A stretch of DNA of 64,000 nucleotides from an uncultured Fibrobacterota bacterium (GTDB lineage: Bacteria; Fibrobacterota; Chitinivibrionia; Chitinivibrionales; FEN-1185). The stretch covers positions 1 through 64,000 of the forward strand of contig CAVWBU010000035.1 in the NCBI GenBank assembly GCA_963753345.1, given 5' to 3'. Position numbers and translations under genes: made by a program. Below, piece by piece: positions 49,966 to 61,167 of this stretch (position 1 is the stretch's first letter; each line of letters opens with the position of its first letter). The notes beneath the pieces are model-generated. The model made no database searches. It had not been told where the DNA came from and was given only the letters and a program-made list of their open reading frames with translations.

Positions 49966-50952
49966 TCATCGCCAGGAATCCGGTAGGTTGCGGGCCACCT
50001 CTATGTTCGAAAACGCCTTGCCCTTCTTGGCGCCTGTCTTCTTTGCCCATTCTGCCATACGACAAATCCCCTCTTCGAGATCGACCCTCGGTTCGTAGCC
50101 GAATACCCGTTTTACTTTGTCATGAGACGAATATGCGTTTACTACTTCTTTACGTGCAGGAAGATACTGGATTTCATTTTTTGAATTCATAGCTTTGAGA
50201 ACGTTCCGGGCAAGGTCATTGATCGAATATTCTCTGTCTGCGCCAATATTAAAGACCTGGTTGTAAGCCTTTGGTTTGAAAACCGAATGTGCAATCACCG
50301 GAGCAACGTCCGAAATGTAGCTGAAGGCGCGCTTCTGTTCTCCATCGCCAAAAATCGTAAGCTTTTTACCCTGCATTATCTGATTCATGAAGATACCGAT
50401 AACGTTCCGGTACTTGTCTCCAATGTTCTGGTGCTCGCCAAAGACGTTATGGGCCCGGAAAATAATGTAATTGAGATTCCACATCATTTTTGAGACCTGC
50501 AGATCCAACTCAACCGCGTACTTGCTGATGCCATAGGGGTCTTCAGGATGAGGAGTCAGCTCCTCAACAAAAGGCGGCTTTGGATTCCCATAGACTGCAA
50601 TTGAACTTGCAAACACAAAGCATTTTACCCCGTAATTGACACTGGCATTGATGAGGTTGACGCTGCCGATGAGGTTGTTCTCATAGTTGAACCGTTTTAT
50701 GAAAAAGCTAAGCCCTTCGGCGGCATATGCGGCCAAATGGTAGACATAATCGAACCTATGCTGCTCGAAAAGGCTTTTAACAAACTCGTAGTCTGTAACG
50801 CTTCCTTCAACGAAGGTAACCTTCTTGGGGACATTTTCAGTGAATCCGCCTGAGAGATCGTCCAAGACCACGACATCGCGACCATCGTTGGCTAGTGTCT
50901 CGGCAACATGCGAACCGATGAATCCGGCACCACCCGTGACAAGCATTTTCAT
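49966..50952 (-). CDS. NAD-dependent epimerase/dehydratase
   Basis: VTGGAGFIGS, HLAA, SS.AVYG, YGISK, GDGEQ.R.F. Confidence 0.95.
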   Translation of the reverse strand: MKMLVTGGAGFIGSHVAETLANDGRDVVVLDDLSGGFTENVPKKVTFVEGSVTDYEFVKSLFEQHRFDYVYHLAAYAAEGLSFFIKRFNYENNLIGSVNLINASVNYGVKCFVFASSIAVYGNPKPPFVEELTPHPEDPYGISKYAVELDLQVSKMMWNLNYIIFRAHNVFGEHQNIGDKYRNVIGIFMNQIMQGKKLTIFGDGEQKRAFSYISDVAPVIAHSVFKPKAYNQVFNIGADREYSINDLARNVLKAMNSKNEIQYLPARKEVVNAYSSHDKVKRVFGYEPRVDLEEGICRMAEWAKKTGAKKGKAFSNIEVARNLPDSWR

Positions 50953-51007
50953 GGAAAAACCTTTCTCTGTAGACCCGCGGGAAGTTGCAGTTCAAAAAAG
51001 TTGACGT

Positions 51008-51940
51008 CTATTTTGAAAATTCATGGCCTTTGTCCCCGAAGAAAATTAGGGTCGCATCAATGGTACCCCGTACAATCGAACCGATTTTTATTGACTTCTT
51101 ATCAACATATGGTAAAACAGCAAGAATTACAATTTTAATTGTTGCAATCGTCCAAGAATAAACAAGTAAATAAAATCTGTAGCCGATATTTCTTGTTATG
51201 AGTACGCGATTACGTGAGGAATAATACAAATAAAATGGGGTATAGTTTGCCAGTCCTATTCCCGCCTCGACCTTGTGATAAATCCGCGAAGCCGCTTGAT
51301 AATAGATCGGGATGGAGGCCTCACGAAGCCTGATGCAAAACTCCGTGTCGTCAAGGTAGATAAAAATTGATTCTTTAAGCAAGCCTATAGTCTCGAAAAC
51401 TTCACTCTTGACAAGCATCATACAGCCGCTTGCATATTCGACTTTGCAATCATTGTTGTACTCTGGCCTGTCCTTCTTAAAATGGCCCCGGTGTTTTCCG
51501 ATCCCGTGAATAAGGGATAAATCGCCACCGGCATACCATACCATGGTTCTATCTTGGTTACAGCAGATTTTTCCTGTGATTACATGGAGTTTTTCCGGTA
51601 TTGATACCCCTTTTTGGACCAATATTGATAGGAAGTCTGGCTCAACCTCAGTGTCATCATTGAGGATCAAGATATAATCGAATTGAGCATCCAAACAATA
51701 CCTGATGCCCAAATTGTTGCCACCGCAAAAACCACGGTTAAACTTGCTTTTCAGCAAGGTGATAATAGGGAAGCTCTCTTTTAATTTTTCCCCCGAATTA
51801 TCTGCCGAATTATTATCAACAACGACTATAGAATATCGAGGATAATTAATCGACAAAAGAGATCTTATGCATTTTGCAGTCATAGTAAAGCGATTAAGCG
51901 ACAAGAGAACAATTCCGACAGAAGGAGTTTGAGTCAGCAT
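51008..51940 (-). CDS. Glycosyltransferase family 2
   Basis: VVDNNSADNS, NRGFCGGNNLGI, ILNDDTEV, SGCMML, YLDDTEFC. Confidence 0.92.
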   Translation of the reverse strand: MLTQTPSVGIVLLSLNRFTMTAKCIRSLLSINYPRYSIVVVDNNSADNSGEKLKESFPIITLLKSKFNRGFCGGNNLGIRYCLDAQFDYILILNDDTEVEPDFLSILVQKGVSIPEKLHVITGKICCNQDRTMVWYAGGDLSLIHGIGKHRGHFKKDRPEYNNDCKVEYASGCMMLVKSEVFETIGLLKESIFIYLDDTEFCIRLREASIPIYYQAASRIYHKVEAGIGLANYTPFYLYYSSRNRVLITRNIGYRFYLLVYSWTIATIKIVILAVLPYVDKKSIKIGSIVRGTIDATLIFFGDKGHEFSK

Positions 51941-52408
51941 CTTGTTTTAGCTCTGCAGCTTTGCACTACATAGATAGATCGGAATATGCATTGAAAAGAT
52001 GATGAATTGTCCGCTTCGGATCCAAAGTCCGAAATCAGCAGCGTCACCCGAATGGTGCTAGGTCTCATATTGTTTCATTGTGCCCCTGCACGGCCAGTAT
52101 AGAAACATCCACCTTGGGAAGGCGTTCACGCTTGTCAGGGTGAATGTGCAATTATACGGAATAGGATCAAAATACTTCTATGTTACGCACAATTTGAAGG
52201 GGAAAATCGTCATTGGCCCATGTGGTGCCCTTAATAGCTGCCTCTGCTCCGTTGTGCACCACAGTACGCATGTAGATGCCACAGGCACGACGGTAAAATT
52301 ATCGAAGAGATTTTGCCTCTCAACCAAATCGGGTTCGCTAATCGCGCACATAAAGTGACTGAGGATTGTGTAATACTGAATCTCCATGCTATCGATAAAA
52401 GAAATACC

Positions 52409-52780
52409 TGCCTCTATCGTGACAGCGAAGCGCGAGGCGGCAATACTTGTTTTTCAATCACCCCAAGAACGGTCTGACCGTTTTGATCGTACAGCTTTCG
52501 CACGGTCATCCATTGTTCCGGAAGGCCCCTTTCCCCTGTTTTCATCCATCCGAAAAACGCAAGTGGAACAAGTCCGTTCCAGTCGTTTTATTTCAAAACC
52601 CTGTTTCATCCGGTAAAAATATAACTGTCACACAAGCCGGCGTTGGTTGGACTTTGCACGATATCGCACCAGGAACGCGCGCATTCTATTTCGTGCCTGA
52701 TATGCCTGGCGTCCGAACCGAGGAGGTTGTCGATTGCCTGAATGTTTTGAAGAGTGCTGTCCGTGGTGTAACAGACTGTA
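52409..52780 (-). pseudogene. 3' fragment of a paralogue of the GH20-like gene at 62836
   Basis: Nucleotide-level homology to 62831-63200 including the stop codon (e.g. gcaccaggaacgcgcgcattctatttcgtgcctgatatgcc); internal stops. Confidence 0.85.
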
Positions 52781-53085
52781 TATGATTGAGGCAATTGTTT
52801 TTTTTGGGGGGGACGAAATGCATCAGGCCCAACAACGGTGAAAAAATATCAGCGTGTGTCAGGAGGAAAAAGGAATTCTGAGGTAGAGCTGATCGTCTCG
52901 CGGCATCTAGGTGATCTAACGGTAAAAGCCAGGTTGTAAAACTTTCCCATAAAATATATCTGATTAAAACAGATTAAAACCTTAAAAATGAATTAGGGGA
53001 ACACGGTGATATGCTTCCCATATCGGAAATAATCTCTGAAATAAATGATACTTAATGACAAGGCAATTATTAAAAAAGATTTTGA

Positions 53086-54336
53086 TTAATCAAGCCTTAA
53101 CCCATATTTGCGGCAAAAAAACATATAGAGCGACAACAAGAAAAGTTCGGAAGTAACAAAAGAAATTGCGGCTCCGCGGGCTGAAAAAACTGGCACCAGA
53201 ACAAAGAGCAGGCTTACAGAGCCCAAACCTGCCGTAACAATTGATTGCATAAACTGCTTTTCATGACCGGACCCCAAAAGAACCTGTGTACCGTAGATAT
53301 TGTCAACAAAAACACTTAAAGGAAGAACGGCCATGATTTTCACCAATAAAGAAATTTCTGGAGACCACTTGCCTGATACAAGCCATACTACTATATCGGA
53401 TGTGAAAAAAAGGAGCACGCTTATTACCGTGAAAACAACGCTGCCGCCTAAAAGAAATTTTTTCAGGAATCGGAGCGCTTGGTACTGGGAAGAGGAAAAG
53501 AGTGCCGAAATTCTTGGGTAGATCGCAGTAGCGGGCGGTCCCGCAGTTGATATTGCCACTCTGACGATTTTTTCCGCGACCGCATATATGCCCACTTCCT
53601 TGTTGCTGGTAAGGAGGCCAAGCACGAACGTGTTGCTATTTGTAAAGAGCGTCACCGAAATCTGAGAAACAAACACGCTGAAACCGTCTCTGGCCAATTG
53701 TGCTGTTTTTTTCATGGAAGGAAAAGATAGTCTCATTCTCAAATATTTAACAGCCAGAATCAGGCCGGCCACGCCGGATACCCATGCTGCGCCCGTGTTA
53801 AGAATTAACAGATAGAGAAGCTGGTCATGCCTGCGGATAATTAAAAACGTTAGGGCCGTTGCAGCAATTCCCGTGGTGACCCTCAGATACGTTATCAGGT
53901 TCATCCGTTCGGTTCCAAGAAAAAGCCATTGCGGGAACAAAATGCTGCCAACGACTCCACCATAGGCCCAGAGATAAATCGCGATATTCGTCTTGAATCG
54001 CGGGACGAGTAAAACAATCCCTAAAAAAATAAAAAAGCATACAAAGGCCAGCATGGCCTTAACGAGGAAGACGGAAGAGGAAAACGAAGCTAACTCGGTT
54101 GGGTTGGTCCGCAGCCGCGATACCTCTCGTGTTGCTGTAAGGTTGAACCCGTAGTCAACAACGATCTGAAAATACGTCGTGAAGGAAATGGCGAAAACAT
54201 ACAGGCCAAATGTATCGGTGCCAAGAATTCTGAGAAGGTAGGGGATGGTCACCAAAGGAAACAGATATCCCACTATCTGGAGCGCAAGCAGATAAAGCGT
54301 GTTGCTGGCAATGCGTTTAGTTGATTCGGAAAGCAT
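53086..54336 (-). CDS. wzx: Polysaccharide flippase Wzx
   Basis: NTLYL..LQ...Y.FPL.TIPYL.R.LG...FG, DYGFNL.ATR, FP.W.F.G.E.M, VGIYAVAEK; about 12 transmembrane segments. Confidence 0.92.
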   Translation of the reverse strand: MLSESTKRIASNTLYLLALQIVGYLFPLVTIPYLLRILGTDTFGLYVFAISFTTYFQIVVDYGFNLTATREVSRLRTNPTELASFSSSVFLVKAMLAFVCFFIFLGIVLLVPRFKTNIAIYLWAYGGVVGSILFPQWLFLGTERMNLITYLRVTTGIAATALTFLIIRRHDQLLYLLILNTGAAWVSGVAGLILAVKYLRMRLSFPSMKKTAQLARDGFSVFVSQISVTLFTNSNTFVLGLLTSNKEVGIYAVAEKIVRVAISTAGPPATAIYPRISALFSSSQYQALRFLKKFLLGGSVVFTVISVLLFFTSDIVVWLVSGKWSPEISLLVKIMAVLPLSVFVDNIYGTQVLLGSGHEKQFMQSIVTAGLGSVSLLFVLVPVFSARGAAISFVTSELFLLSLYMFFCRKYGLRLD

Positions 54337-54412
54337 TGTTGATTTATAATTTTTTTAGGATACTGTCTGGAAAATTCTATTGAAATGAAAAATAACAATA
54401 GTGTCTGATTAA

Positions 54413-55341
54413 GAGCTTATCCATAAATAAGAATTGTGGTTAATGTCGGCATATATGATATTATTTCCATGGAAGAACCAAAAAAAACGCAGGCTCTATT
54501 CATGGGAGATATCGGGCACGAGTTCTGGGCGAAAGTTGAACCGTTAATACCGAAAAAGTAGCGTGATCGCCGTCAGAAGTTTGTTCGCTAAATCAGGAGG
54601 TGGACGGAAACCCATATCACCTCGTCTTGTTTTGGCTGGGAGAAACTTTTTGTTCTTCGGAATGGCAATTTAATGGAAAGCGCTTCCGAAGACTCAATTT
54701 GGCAGTCCAAGTGCAATCCATCGCTATTTTCTGAGTGGCAAAAGGCCGGATACTTTGAGAAATTGTGGAAAGCAGGGATTGCCGAATACGACGATATGGA
54801 AGGCATAGCCTGGCAATGGCAAAGTATTGATGGTGGGATGAACAAAGCCCCACTTGCACTTGAAAATGTCGGCCACAACCCAACTGATCGGGGAAAAAAA
54901 TGGCAGCAAGCGAAGCATACTCGTTGACGGTCGTGGCATCCCGCTGTCGCTCGTCGTGAGCGGAGCACAGAAGCACGACGTGAAGTTGCTGCCTGATACA
55001 CTTGACAACATTATGATAGAACGTCCAACAACAAAAGCTCGTCGGAGACAGCATTTGTGTGCTGATAAAGGGTATACAGGAGAGCCCGCGTTCAACCAGT
55101 GTGTCGAGCGGCGATATATCCCTTGCATTCGGCAACGAGGAGAAGAAATTGAAATGAAAGCGCAGGAACCCAAGGTTCAAGGCGCAAAGATGGGTTGTGG
55201 AGCGATGCTTGTCGTGGCTCAACCGCTTCAGAAAATTGCTGGTTCGTTTTGAAAAACTTGCTCGTAGTCATACAGGTTTACTACAGTTGGCTTGTGCAAT
55301 AATATGTTTCAGACAATCAACTTTTATTTATGGATAAGCTC
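54413..55341 (+). mobile_element. IS5-family insertion sequence (IS1031/IS427-like) with a degenerate transposase
   Basis: 18-bp perfect terminal inverted repeats GAGCTTATCCATAAATAA, TAA target duplication on both sides. Transposase pieces W.WQSIDG..NPTDRGK, G.KR..LVD..G.PL, HD, ADKGY, W.VER; slippery GGGGAAAAAAA at ~54890. Confidence 0.9.
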
Positions 55342-55813
55342 TAAGTTGACAACAAGAAAGGGGCCGCGAACCCGTTATAATCGTTGAAGGTTTTCTATTG
55401 ATGATTAAAAAGAGGAAGCGGGCCCTGAGCAGGATAAATACAATATTCAACCAGATAAAGCAACTGTTGAATCATAAAGGATTATGGCGCATCGAAAACC
55501 GGTATAATAGCAATCGATGGTTGAAGCGCATAACTTGCTGGGAACCTCAAGGCGATGTTTACCAGGCATTTATTGAAAAAAGATGAAAGAAAAGGCATTC
55601 TCGCTTCCGCATTTGGTTTGTTAACGATACGTATTTAACAATGTGATATTGTATTTTTATTTCGGTTGAATTGATAATTCTTTCCATACCAATTTCTTTC
55701 GCTTCTAATGAAAATGAGAAAAATATTTAAAATAATTAAAAAGATACTTCCACAAAATTTTATAAGGTTTATCCAACAACACCGAGTAATACTTATTTAT
55801 CTTCTTCAAAACC

Positions 55814-56725
55814 GTGCCGCTCAAAAGCAAAATATCTCAATACCCCTGGGTACGCGTTCTGCCAGACGATCCTAACAAAAGCTTGCATTATCTTAATGAG
55901 GTGTATCACGATTATTTTGTTTATTCGCATATACCTGTATCTTTTGTTAAGGGAAAAAGGATCCTTGAGGTCGGTCCCGGGGAAAACCTAGGGGTCGGTA
56001 TGCGGTTTCTCGCCGACGGTGCGGCGTTTGTGGCAAGCGTTGACAGGTTCAGCTCATTGCGAAGTGCCGCCGAGCAGGCAGCTGTGTATTTGAAACTTAT
56101 TGAGACTTTTACTGAATCTCAGCGTTCGACATTCGGTAATGCAATTGCATTTACTCCAGACGGCTATACTATTGATGAATCGCGGTATCGTTATTTATCA
56201 AATACGGCGATGGAGGGGGTAGGAAATACTCATGCTTTGGGAACATTCGACATGATTGTTTCCCGCGCTGTACTCGAGGATGTTTATGATCTTGAAGGGG
56301 TGTTTCATTCGATGGATTCACTTTTAAAACACGGCGGATATATGGTGCATGAAATAGACTTTAGAGATCATGGTATATTTACTAATTTTGGTCTTAATCC
56401 TCTCACCTATTTGACTATAAATAATAAATTATGGAAAGCCATGTCCAGCCATATTGGGGCGCCGAACCGTAGACTATTAGGAGATTATGTCTGTATATTT
56501 CAAAAATTACAATACGTTTTCCGTATATTAAAGATATTAATCATCGGCGAGAATGAGGTAGATGTAAAAATTCATAAGGAGTATATCCAAAAAGGCATAG
56601 ACTACAATGATAAACATCTTGGCTATATCAGAGAGCTGAGAAGCAAGTTCTCCACTGATTTCAAGAATATTCCCGATGAGGAGCTTTTAGTATCGGGCAT
56701 TTTCGTCACCATCCACAAGCCGTAA
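55814..56725 (+). CDS. SAM-dependent methyltransferase (N-terminus possibly in another frame from ~55708)
   Basis: ILEVGPG.NLG, FDMIVSRAVLE, LK.GG.MVH.IDFRDH, PNR. Confidence 0.85.
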   Translation: MPLKSKISQYPWVRVLPDDPNKSLHYLNEVYHDYFVYSHIPVSFVKGKRILEVGPGENLGVGMRFLADGAAFVASVDRFSSLRSAAEQAAVYLKLIETFTESQRSTFGNAIAFTPDGYTIDESRYRYLSNTAMEGVGNTHALGTFDMIVSRAVLEDVYDLEGVFHSMDSLLKHGGYMVHEIDFRDHGIFTNFGLNPLTYLTINNKLWKAMSSHIGAPNRRLLGDYVCIFQKLQYVFRILKILIIGENEVDVKIHKEYIQKGIDYNDKHLGYIRELRSKFSTDFKNIPDEELLVSGIFVTIHKP

Positions 56726-57011
56726 ATTTTGAATTATTTTTTTACATTAAAATGACCATTGAATTCATCTGATAAAAAAAAGTTGAATCATCTTCCGATC
56801 ACTGGAACGACTGCCTATGTTTTTTTCTTTGCATGGTTCGAGGATCTTATCGGAGATTTTATTAGGATATATAAGTGATTGCCGAGCTTATTTATGATAG
56901 CAGCATTTTCTAGGCAGACTCTGCCCTACGGCAGTTTTCATGACACGGGTTCAATTGTACGATTGCCTCTGGATGTCCCCCATAGTCTCAGATAGCGAAG
57001 GGGCGATAAAA

Positions 57012-58118
57012 ATGAGGATTACATTTGTGTTGCCGTCCTATCCGGGGATGCCAACCGGAGGATTCAGGACAGTCTATGAATACGCGAACCGCCTTGTGTC
57101 CAGAGGGTATAAAGTGACCATTGTCCATGCTCATCATCTTTCAAATGTCCCCTCGACGCCACCGCAGGGCCTTTATCGTAAACTTTCCAATCAAATCATT
57201 TTCTACCGAGCCCGCTTTCTTTTCCGGAGCGTTCGCTGGCAGCCAATCAATCGACATGTTCGAATGACTTATGTTCCGGAACTCTTTTCGAGATACATGC
57301 CCAATAGTGATGCTATTTTTGCAACCGCTTGGCAGACGGCAGAATACATCATCAAATATCCCGCGTCAAAAGGGTTTAAATTCTATTTGGTACAGGATTT
57401 TGAGCCATGGCTCGGACCTCGAGACCGGCTAGAGACGACATGGCGATGGCCGTTTCAGAAAGTCACCATCTCACGCTGGCTTTACGAGCAGGTTTGCGGG
57501 GCAGAGGGGACTTGTAAGAATACAGTCAACATCCCGATTGGGATCGACCAGAAAAGATTCCGTCTGATCGGTAAGGCCCGCCGGCGACCGAAGAAAGTAG
57601 CTATGTTCTTTGGAAATAGCAGTTACAAGGCGCCCCAAGACGGGATATCTGCTCTAGAGATCGCAAAGCAACAGTATCCCGACCTGGAGGTAGTCGTCTT
57701 TGGGCAGAGCGAGCAGAAGCCCGGAACAATTCCTTCCTGGGCCTCCTATTCCGGCAACATCCCCGAGAATGACTTAATCTCTATCTACAACGAGTCATCC
57801 ATTTTTATTTGCAGCAGCTTGGCGGAAGGCTTTGCCTTTCCACCAGCAGAAGCGATGGCCTGTGGGTGCGCCGTGGTCTCCTCCGACTGTGGTGGTATTC
57901 GGGAGTACGCTGAACACGAAGTCACGGCTCTCCTGTCACCGCCTGGGGATCCCAAAGCCCTAGCAAGGAATATCCTACGCCTGCTGGATGACGATAAATT
58001 GAGGCAGAAACTTGCTGTGGCTGGTCGCGAACGGATCCAGGCATTTACTTGGGAGAAAAGCACAGACCTTCTAGAAGCGTTCATCAAGTCTCGTGTTCAA
58101 AATCCCCATGGTGGGTAG
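57012..58118 (+). CDS. Glycosyltransferase family 4
   Basis: MRITFVLP...GG.R..YEYAN.L, FATAWQTA, YLVQDFE, EGF.FPP.EAMACG. Confidence 0.93.
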   Translation: MRITFVLPSYPGMPTGGFRTVYEYANRLVSRGYKVTIVHAHHLSNVPSTPPQGLYRKLSNQIIFYRARFLFRSVRWQPINRHVRMTYVPELFSRYMPNSDAIFATAWQTAEYIIKYPASKGFKFYLVQDFEPWLGPRDRLETTWRWPFQKVTISRWLYEQVCGAEGTCKNTVNIPIGIDQKRFRLIGKARRRPKKVAMFFGNSSYKAPQDGISALEIAKQQYPDLEVVVFGQSEQKPGTIPSWASYSGNIPENDLISIYNESSIFICSSLAEGFAFPPAEAMACGCAVVSSDCGGIREYAEHEVTALLSPPGDPKALARNILRLLDDDKLRQKLAVAGRERIQAFTWEKSTDLLEAFIKSRVQNPHGG

Positions 58119-58308
58119 CGTAGGGGTATTCCACATGCTTACAAGACTATGTTGAGTGACAACTTTATTTTTCGGGGTAATCAGGGTTAGTCAAGACACG
58201 CGCATACCTTTTTGTTTTCTGCAGCCTGCAACGGTAAAAACAAGCCACCAACCCTTTGACCTTAACTAACGCTCTCATATCGCAGAAGTGGCCACACCAA
58301 GGCGAACA

Positions 58309-59781
58309 CTAACAGTAATCGGCGGAGCGAGGGAGGGGTGGTATCTTCTGCTTCGCCAATTGTTTATCGGAGTGAATGAGGTATTGGCTGCAGGAAAGAA
58401 TAATAAAAAGGAAGAACATGATTTCGGGACTTGCAATGACACTATCGACTATTCCATGGGTCATGAAAAATATCAGGGAAAAAAGTACGCCAAATCTTAA
58501 CAAGGAATATTGGCGGGGCAATCTGAGACGCATCAGCAGGAATATGGTGCCAAACATAAGTATAGCCCATCCACATAGTGCCGCGAGTCCCCACCCCAGC
58601 CAGAGTTCAAGATACTGGTTATGGGACGACATGACACGCAAATAATCAAACCCTACAGGAAAACCAAACTGGAACTTGGCAAGGCTGAAGTTGTTCATCC
58701 CTATGCCGAAAATATAGTGATTCTCCCGGAGGATTTTTATTGCGGCCTTGAACAATTCGACCCGGCCGGCATTTGACAAGAAATCAGCGAACCTGGGGTG
58801 CAAGAGTCTATTGGAATATCCAACGCCGAATGCTATCAAGAAAACAATGATAATCCCAATAAAAATGAGGCGCATCTTTATGCTTTTCGTTGTTACAATT
58901 AAAAACGCACCCAAGAAAAAGAAACCGGGCAAACTGCCTCGCGAATAGCAGGCAATGATACACAAAGCATATAGTGCAGAAATACAGAAAAAAAACACCT
59001 GATTAACCCTCCGCTGTTCAGAAAGACCGACAAAAAGAGACAGCGGAAGAAGCAATTCAAGAAACGAGGAGATGATGTTAGGATTAATTCGAATTAAAAA
59101 GCCCAGCCGTCCCTGAAAAACCGCGGTGATTTCACCTAGTTTCTCGTACTCATTTAAAACCATTAGGATAAAGGGAATACCTGCAATAGCAACAGCCCTG
59201 AAAGTTGAGATAAGGGTAAGCGATCTGTTCGATAATAAAAAATAGAATGCATAAAAAACCGCTATTCCCGCTGCAAAGTACACATCGTATATCGCAGCCG
59301 GGCTGAATGCGGAAAGCTTGCCATTGCAGGCCTGGTACAACCAAGACATGACAAAGCCGGCAAAAATGAGAAAAAGGGGGGCCTTTGCAGGGATAAAAAC
59401 ATTTGGGAAGGATATTTTGCTTATTGCAAAAATTATGGGAACAAGAAAAACAGTAGCTATCGAAAGCCACCGTATTATAGGGTATCCGAGTGAATATCCA
59501 ACGGGAAAGAAAAGAGAAATGGCTGCATACAGAGGAAGGGCGAAAAGCAGCTTAAGGCTGTATCGCTGCGCAACAATGACAATACCCAGAATTGCAGTTA
59601 AAGACAGGACGGAAAGAACAGCCAGTTTCGTATGTTGAAAATGGATACAGACAAATTCGAAAACGGAAAACAGAACGACGGCCCCCAATAGCCATGTATT
59701 GTTCCTTTTCTCCCTGCCTGGCGAAGCTACAGAGGTACAGGTTTCGTGTGGTGGCAGTCCGTGATTGACATACAACGCCAT
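58309..59781 (-). CDS. O-antigen ligase/polymerase family protein (Wzy_C)
   Basis: Many transmembrane segments; NPN, SRG, R..LF..A, FGIG..NF, HNQYLE....G. Confidence 0.88.
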   Translation of the reverse strand: MALYVNHGLPPHETCTSVASPGREKRNNTWLLGAVVLFSVFEFVCIHFQHTKLAVLSVLSLTAILGIVIVAQRYSLKLLFALPLYAAISLFFPVGYSLGYPIIRWLSIATVFLVPIIFAISKISFPNVFIPAKAPLFLIFAGFVMSWLYQACNGKLSAFSPAAIYDVYFAAGIAVFYAFYFLLSNRSLTLISTFRAVAIAGIPFILMVLNEYEKLGEITAVFQGRLGFLIRINPNIISSFLELLLPLSLFVGLSEQRRVNQVFFFCISALYALCIIACYSRGSLPGFFFLGAFLIVTTKSIKMRLIFIGIIIVFLIAFGVGYSNRLLHPRFADFLSNAGRVELFKAAIKILRENHYIFGIGMNNFSLAKFQFGFPVGFDYLRVMSSHNQYLELWLGWGLAALCGWAILMFGTIFLLMRLRLPRQYSLLRFGVLFSLIFFMTHGIVDSVIASPEIMFFLFIILSCSQYLIHSDKQLAKQKIPPLPRSADYC

Positions 59782-59800
59782 TGATGATTACCGGCATGTT

Positions 59801-60976
59801 CTATTGTGAACGCTTGTGGGGTCTGAGTTCCTCAATAAATGCGGCAAAACTGCGGTTATTCGCGAGTAAAAAGCCAAAGGTGAATTGATAAGAAAGAATA
59901 AGAAGCAAAAAGCAATTTTCCAAGATAATAATTGCCGCCATCATGGGCACCCTCTTAGGGCGGTCCTTGTATTCGGGCTGGAATGCCGCATCAACAATGA
60001 CAAGGGAAGAGACGTTCTTCGCTTCTTGTATTTTTGCCTGCTCCAATTCCTTTGTCAAAAGCAAAATCACCTGTTCCTGCGCTTCAATATCGCGTTCGAG
60101 ATTGGTAAAAATTGGGATGAGCTTTGCGGACAGGTTAAAACTCGGCAGCACGTCGGGTGTTTCGGATGTTTCCATGGACCTTAATTTTTGATTTACCACG
60201 GCAAGGTTTCTCTGCAATTCCTGAATTTGCGGAGACGATTCGTTTCGTTCCTTCTGCAGGTCTTTTATTTGTATTTCCGTCATCAGCGCGTCTGCCTTGA
60301 TGGCAGCATACGAGTTTAACGAAAGCTTTAATTGCTCGGGAATGACATACGCCTTGTTTTCCTTCTGGAACGTCTCAAGAACATTTTCCAAACTGTCAAG
60401 ACTCGTTTTGCTTTTTGCAAGCTGGCCTTCAATAAAAATCCTGTTCCTGCTCGCGCGGTCCATGCTTATGCACCGTATTGCCGAATCAACAAGTGCGAAG
60501 ACGTATTCAGCCATTATTTTTGCAGTGTCCGGCGACGTTGCATAACATGAAATGGTGAACGAAATCGTATTTTGTTGAAGGCCAAGGTTGCTCGTCTGGT
60601 CGACGTCCATTGCTATCAATTTTTTCAGCAGCTTTGATGCGAGAACGTATTTGTTATTTGACTTGGTCAATTTAAACTTGCGGACCAGATCGAAATGATC
60701 AATTATTCTTCTTTGGTTCGCTTTGCTGGCAAAAATCGTGTAAATCTGCTCCGGAAGGATGCTAGGGGAAGAGAGGGTTGGTATATTAACACCTAAAAGA
60801 GACATTTGAGAACCCATTTCGTTTGATAAGGGGGGGAAAAAAGTGACCTGCGCAAGGTATTCTTTTTTGGCAACACAAAATGCGTACACCCAGGCACAAA
60901 TGGCTATCACGATAAAGTTGATGATAAAAACCCGTTTTTTCCGTAAAAGGAATCGGATATATAGCTGTAGACTCAT
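59801..60976 (-). CDS. Polysaccharide co-polymerase / chain-length regulator (Wzz/GNVR type)
   Basis: Two transmembrane segments flanking a coiled coil; 'LEQAKIQEAK...IVD.A..PE.K.RPKR'. Confidence 0.88.
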   Translation of the reverse strand: MSLQLYIRFLLRKKRVFIINFIVIAICAWVYAFCVAKKEYLAQVTFFPPLSNEMGSQMSLLGVNIPTLSSPSILPEQIYTIFASKANQRRIIDHFDLVRKFKLTKSNNKYVLASKLLKKLIAMDVDQTSNLGLQQNTISFTISCYATSPDTAKIMAEYVFALVDSAIRCISMDRASRNRIFIEGQLAKSKTSLDSLENVLETFQKENKAYVIPEQLKLSLNSYAAIKADALMTEIQIKDLQKERNESSPQIQELQRNLAVVNQKLRSMETSETPDVLPSFNLSAKLIPIFTNLERDIEAQEQVILLLTKELEQAKIQEAKNVSSLVIVDAAFQPEYKDRPKRVPMMAAIIILENCFLLLILSYQFTFGFLLANNRSFAAFIEELRPHKRSQ

Positions 60977-61167
60977 TCCGTCCGTATACTCCTATGAAAC
61001 GAGGTTAGGAAAATATAATTTGCGTCCATAGTATTGTTTTACAATTATTTTGTTAATAAGAAAGCCCGGAAGCACTTGGAACGGTTCAAAACTAAATCAT
61101 AAATTTAGTAGATGGCCCAATTTATTTTTATGCCAAGGAGCATTTTATTTAATATAAAAGGGATGTC

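Noticed and set aside
58140-58300. Possible attC or IS end (GTTAGTCAA...TTGAC...CTAAC)
   Set aside because: The orientation and internal boxes do not fit attC and the pairing is weak.
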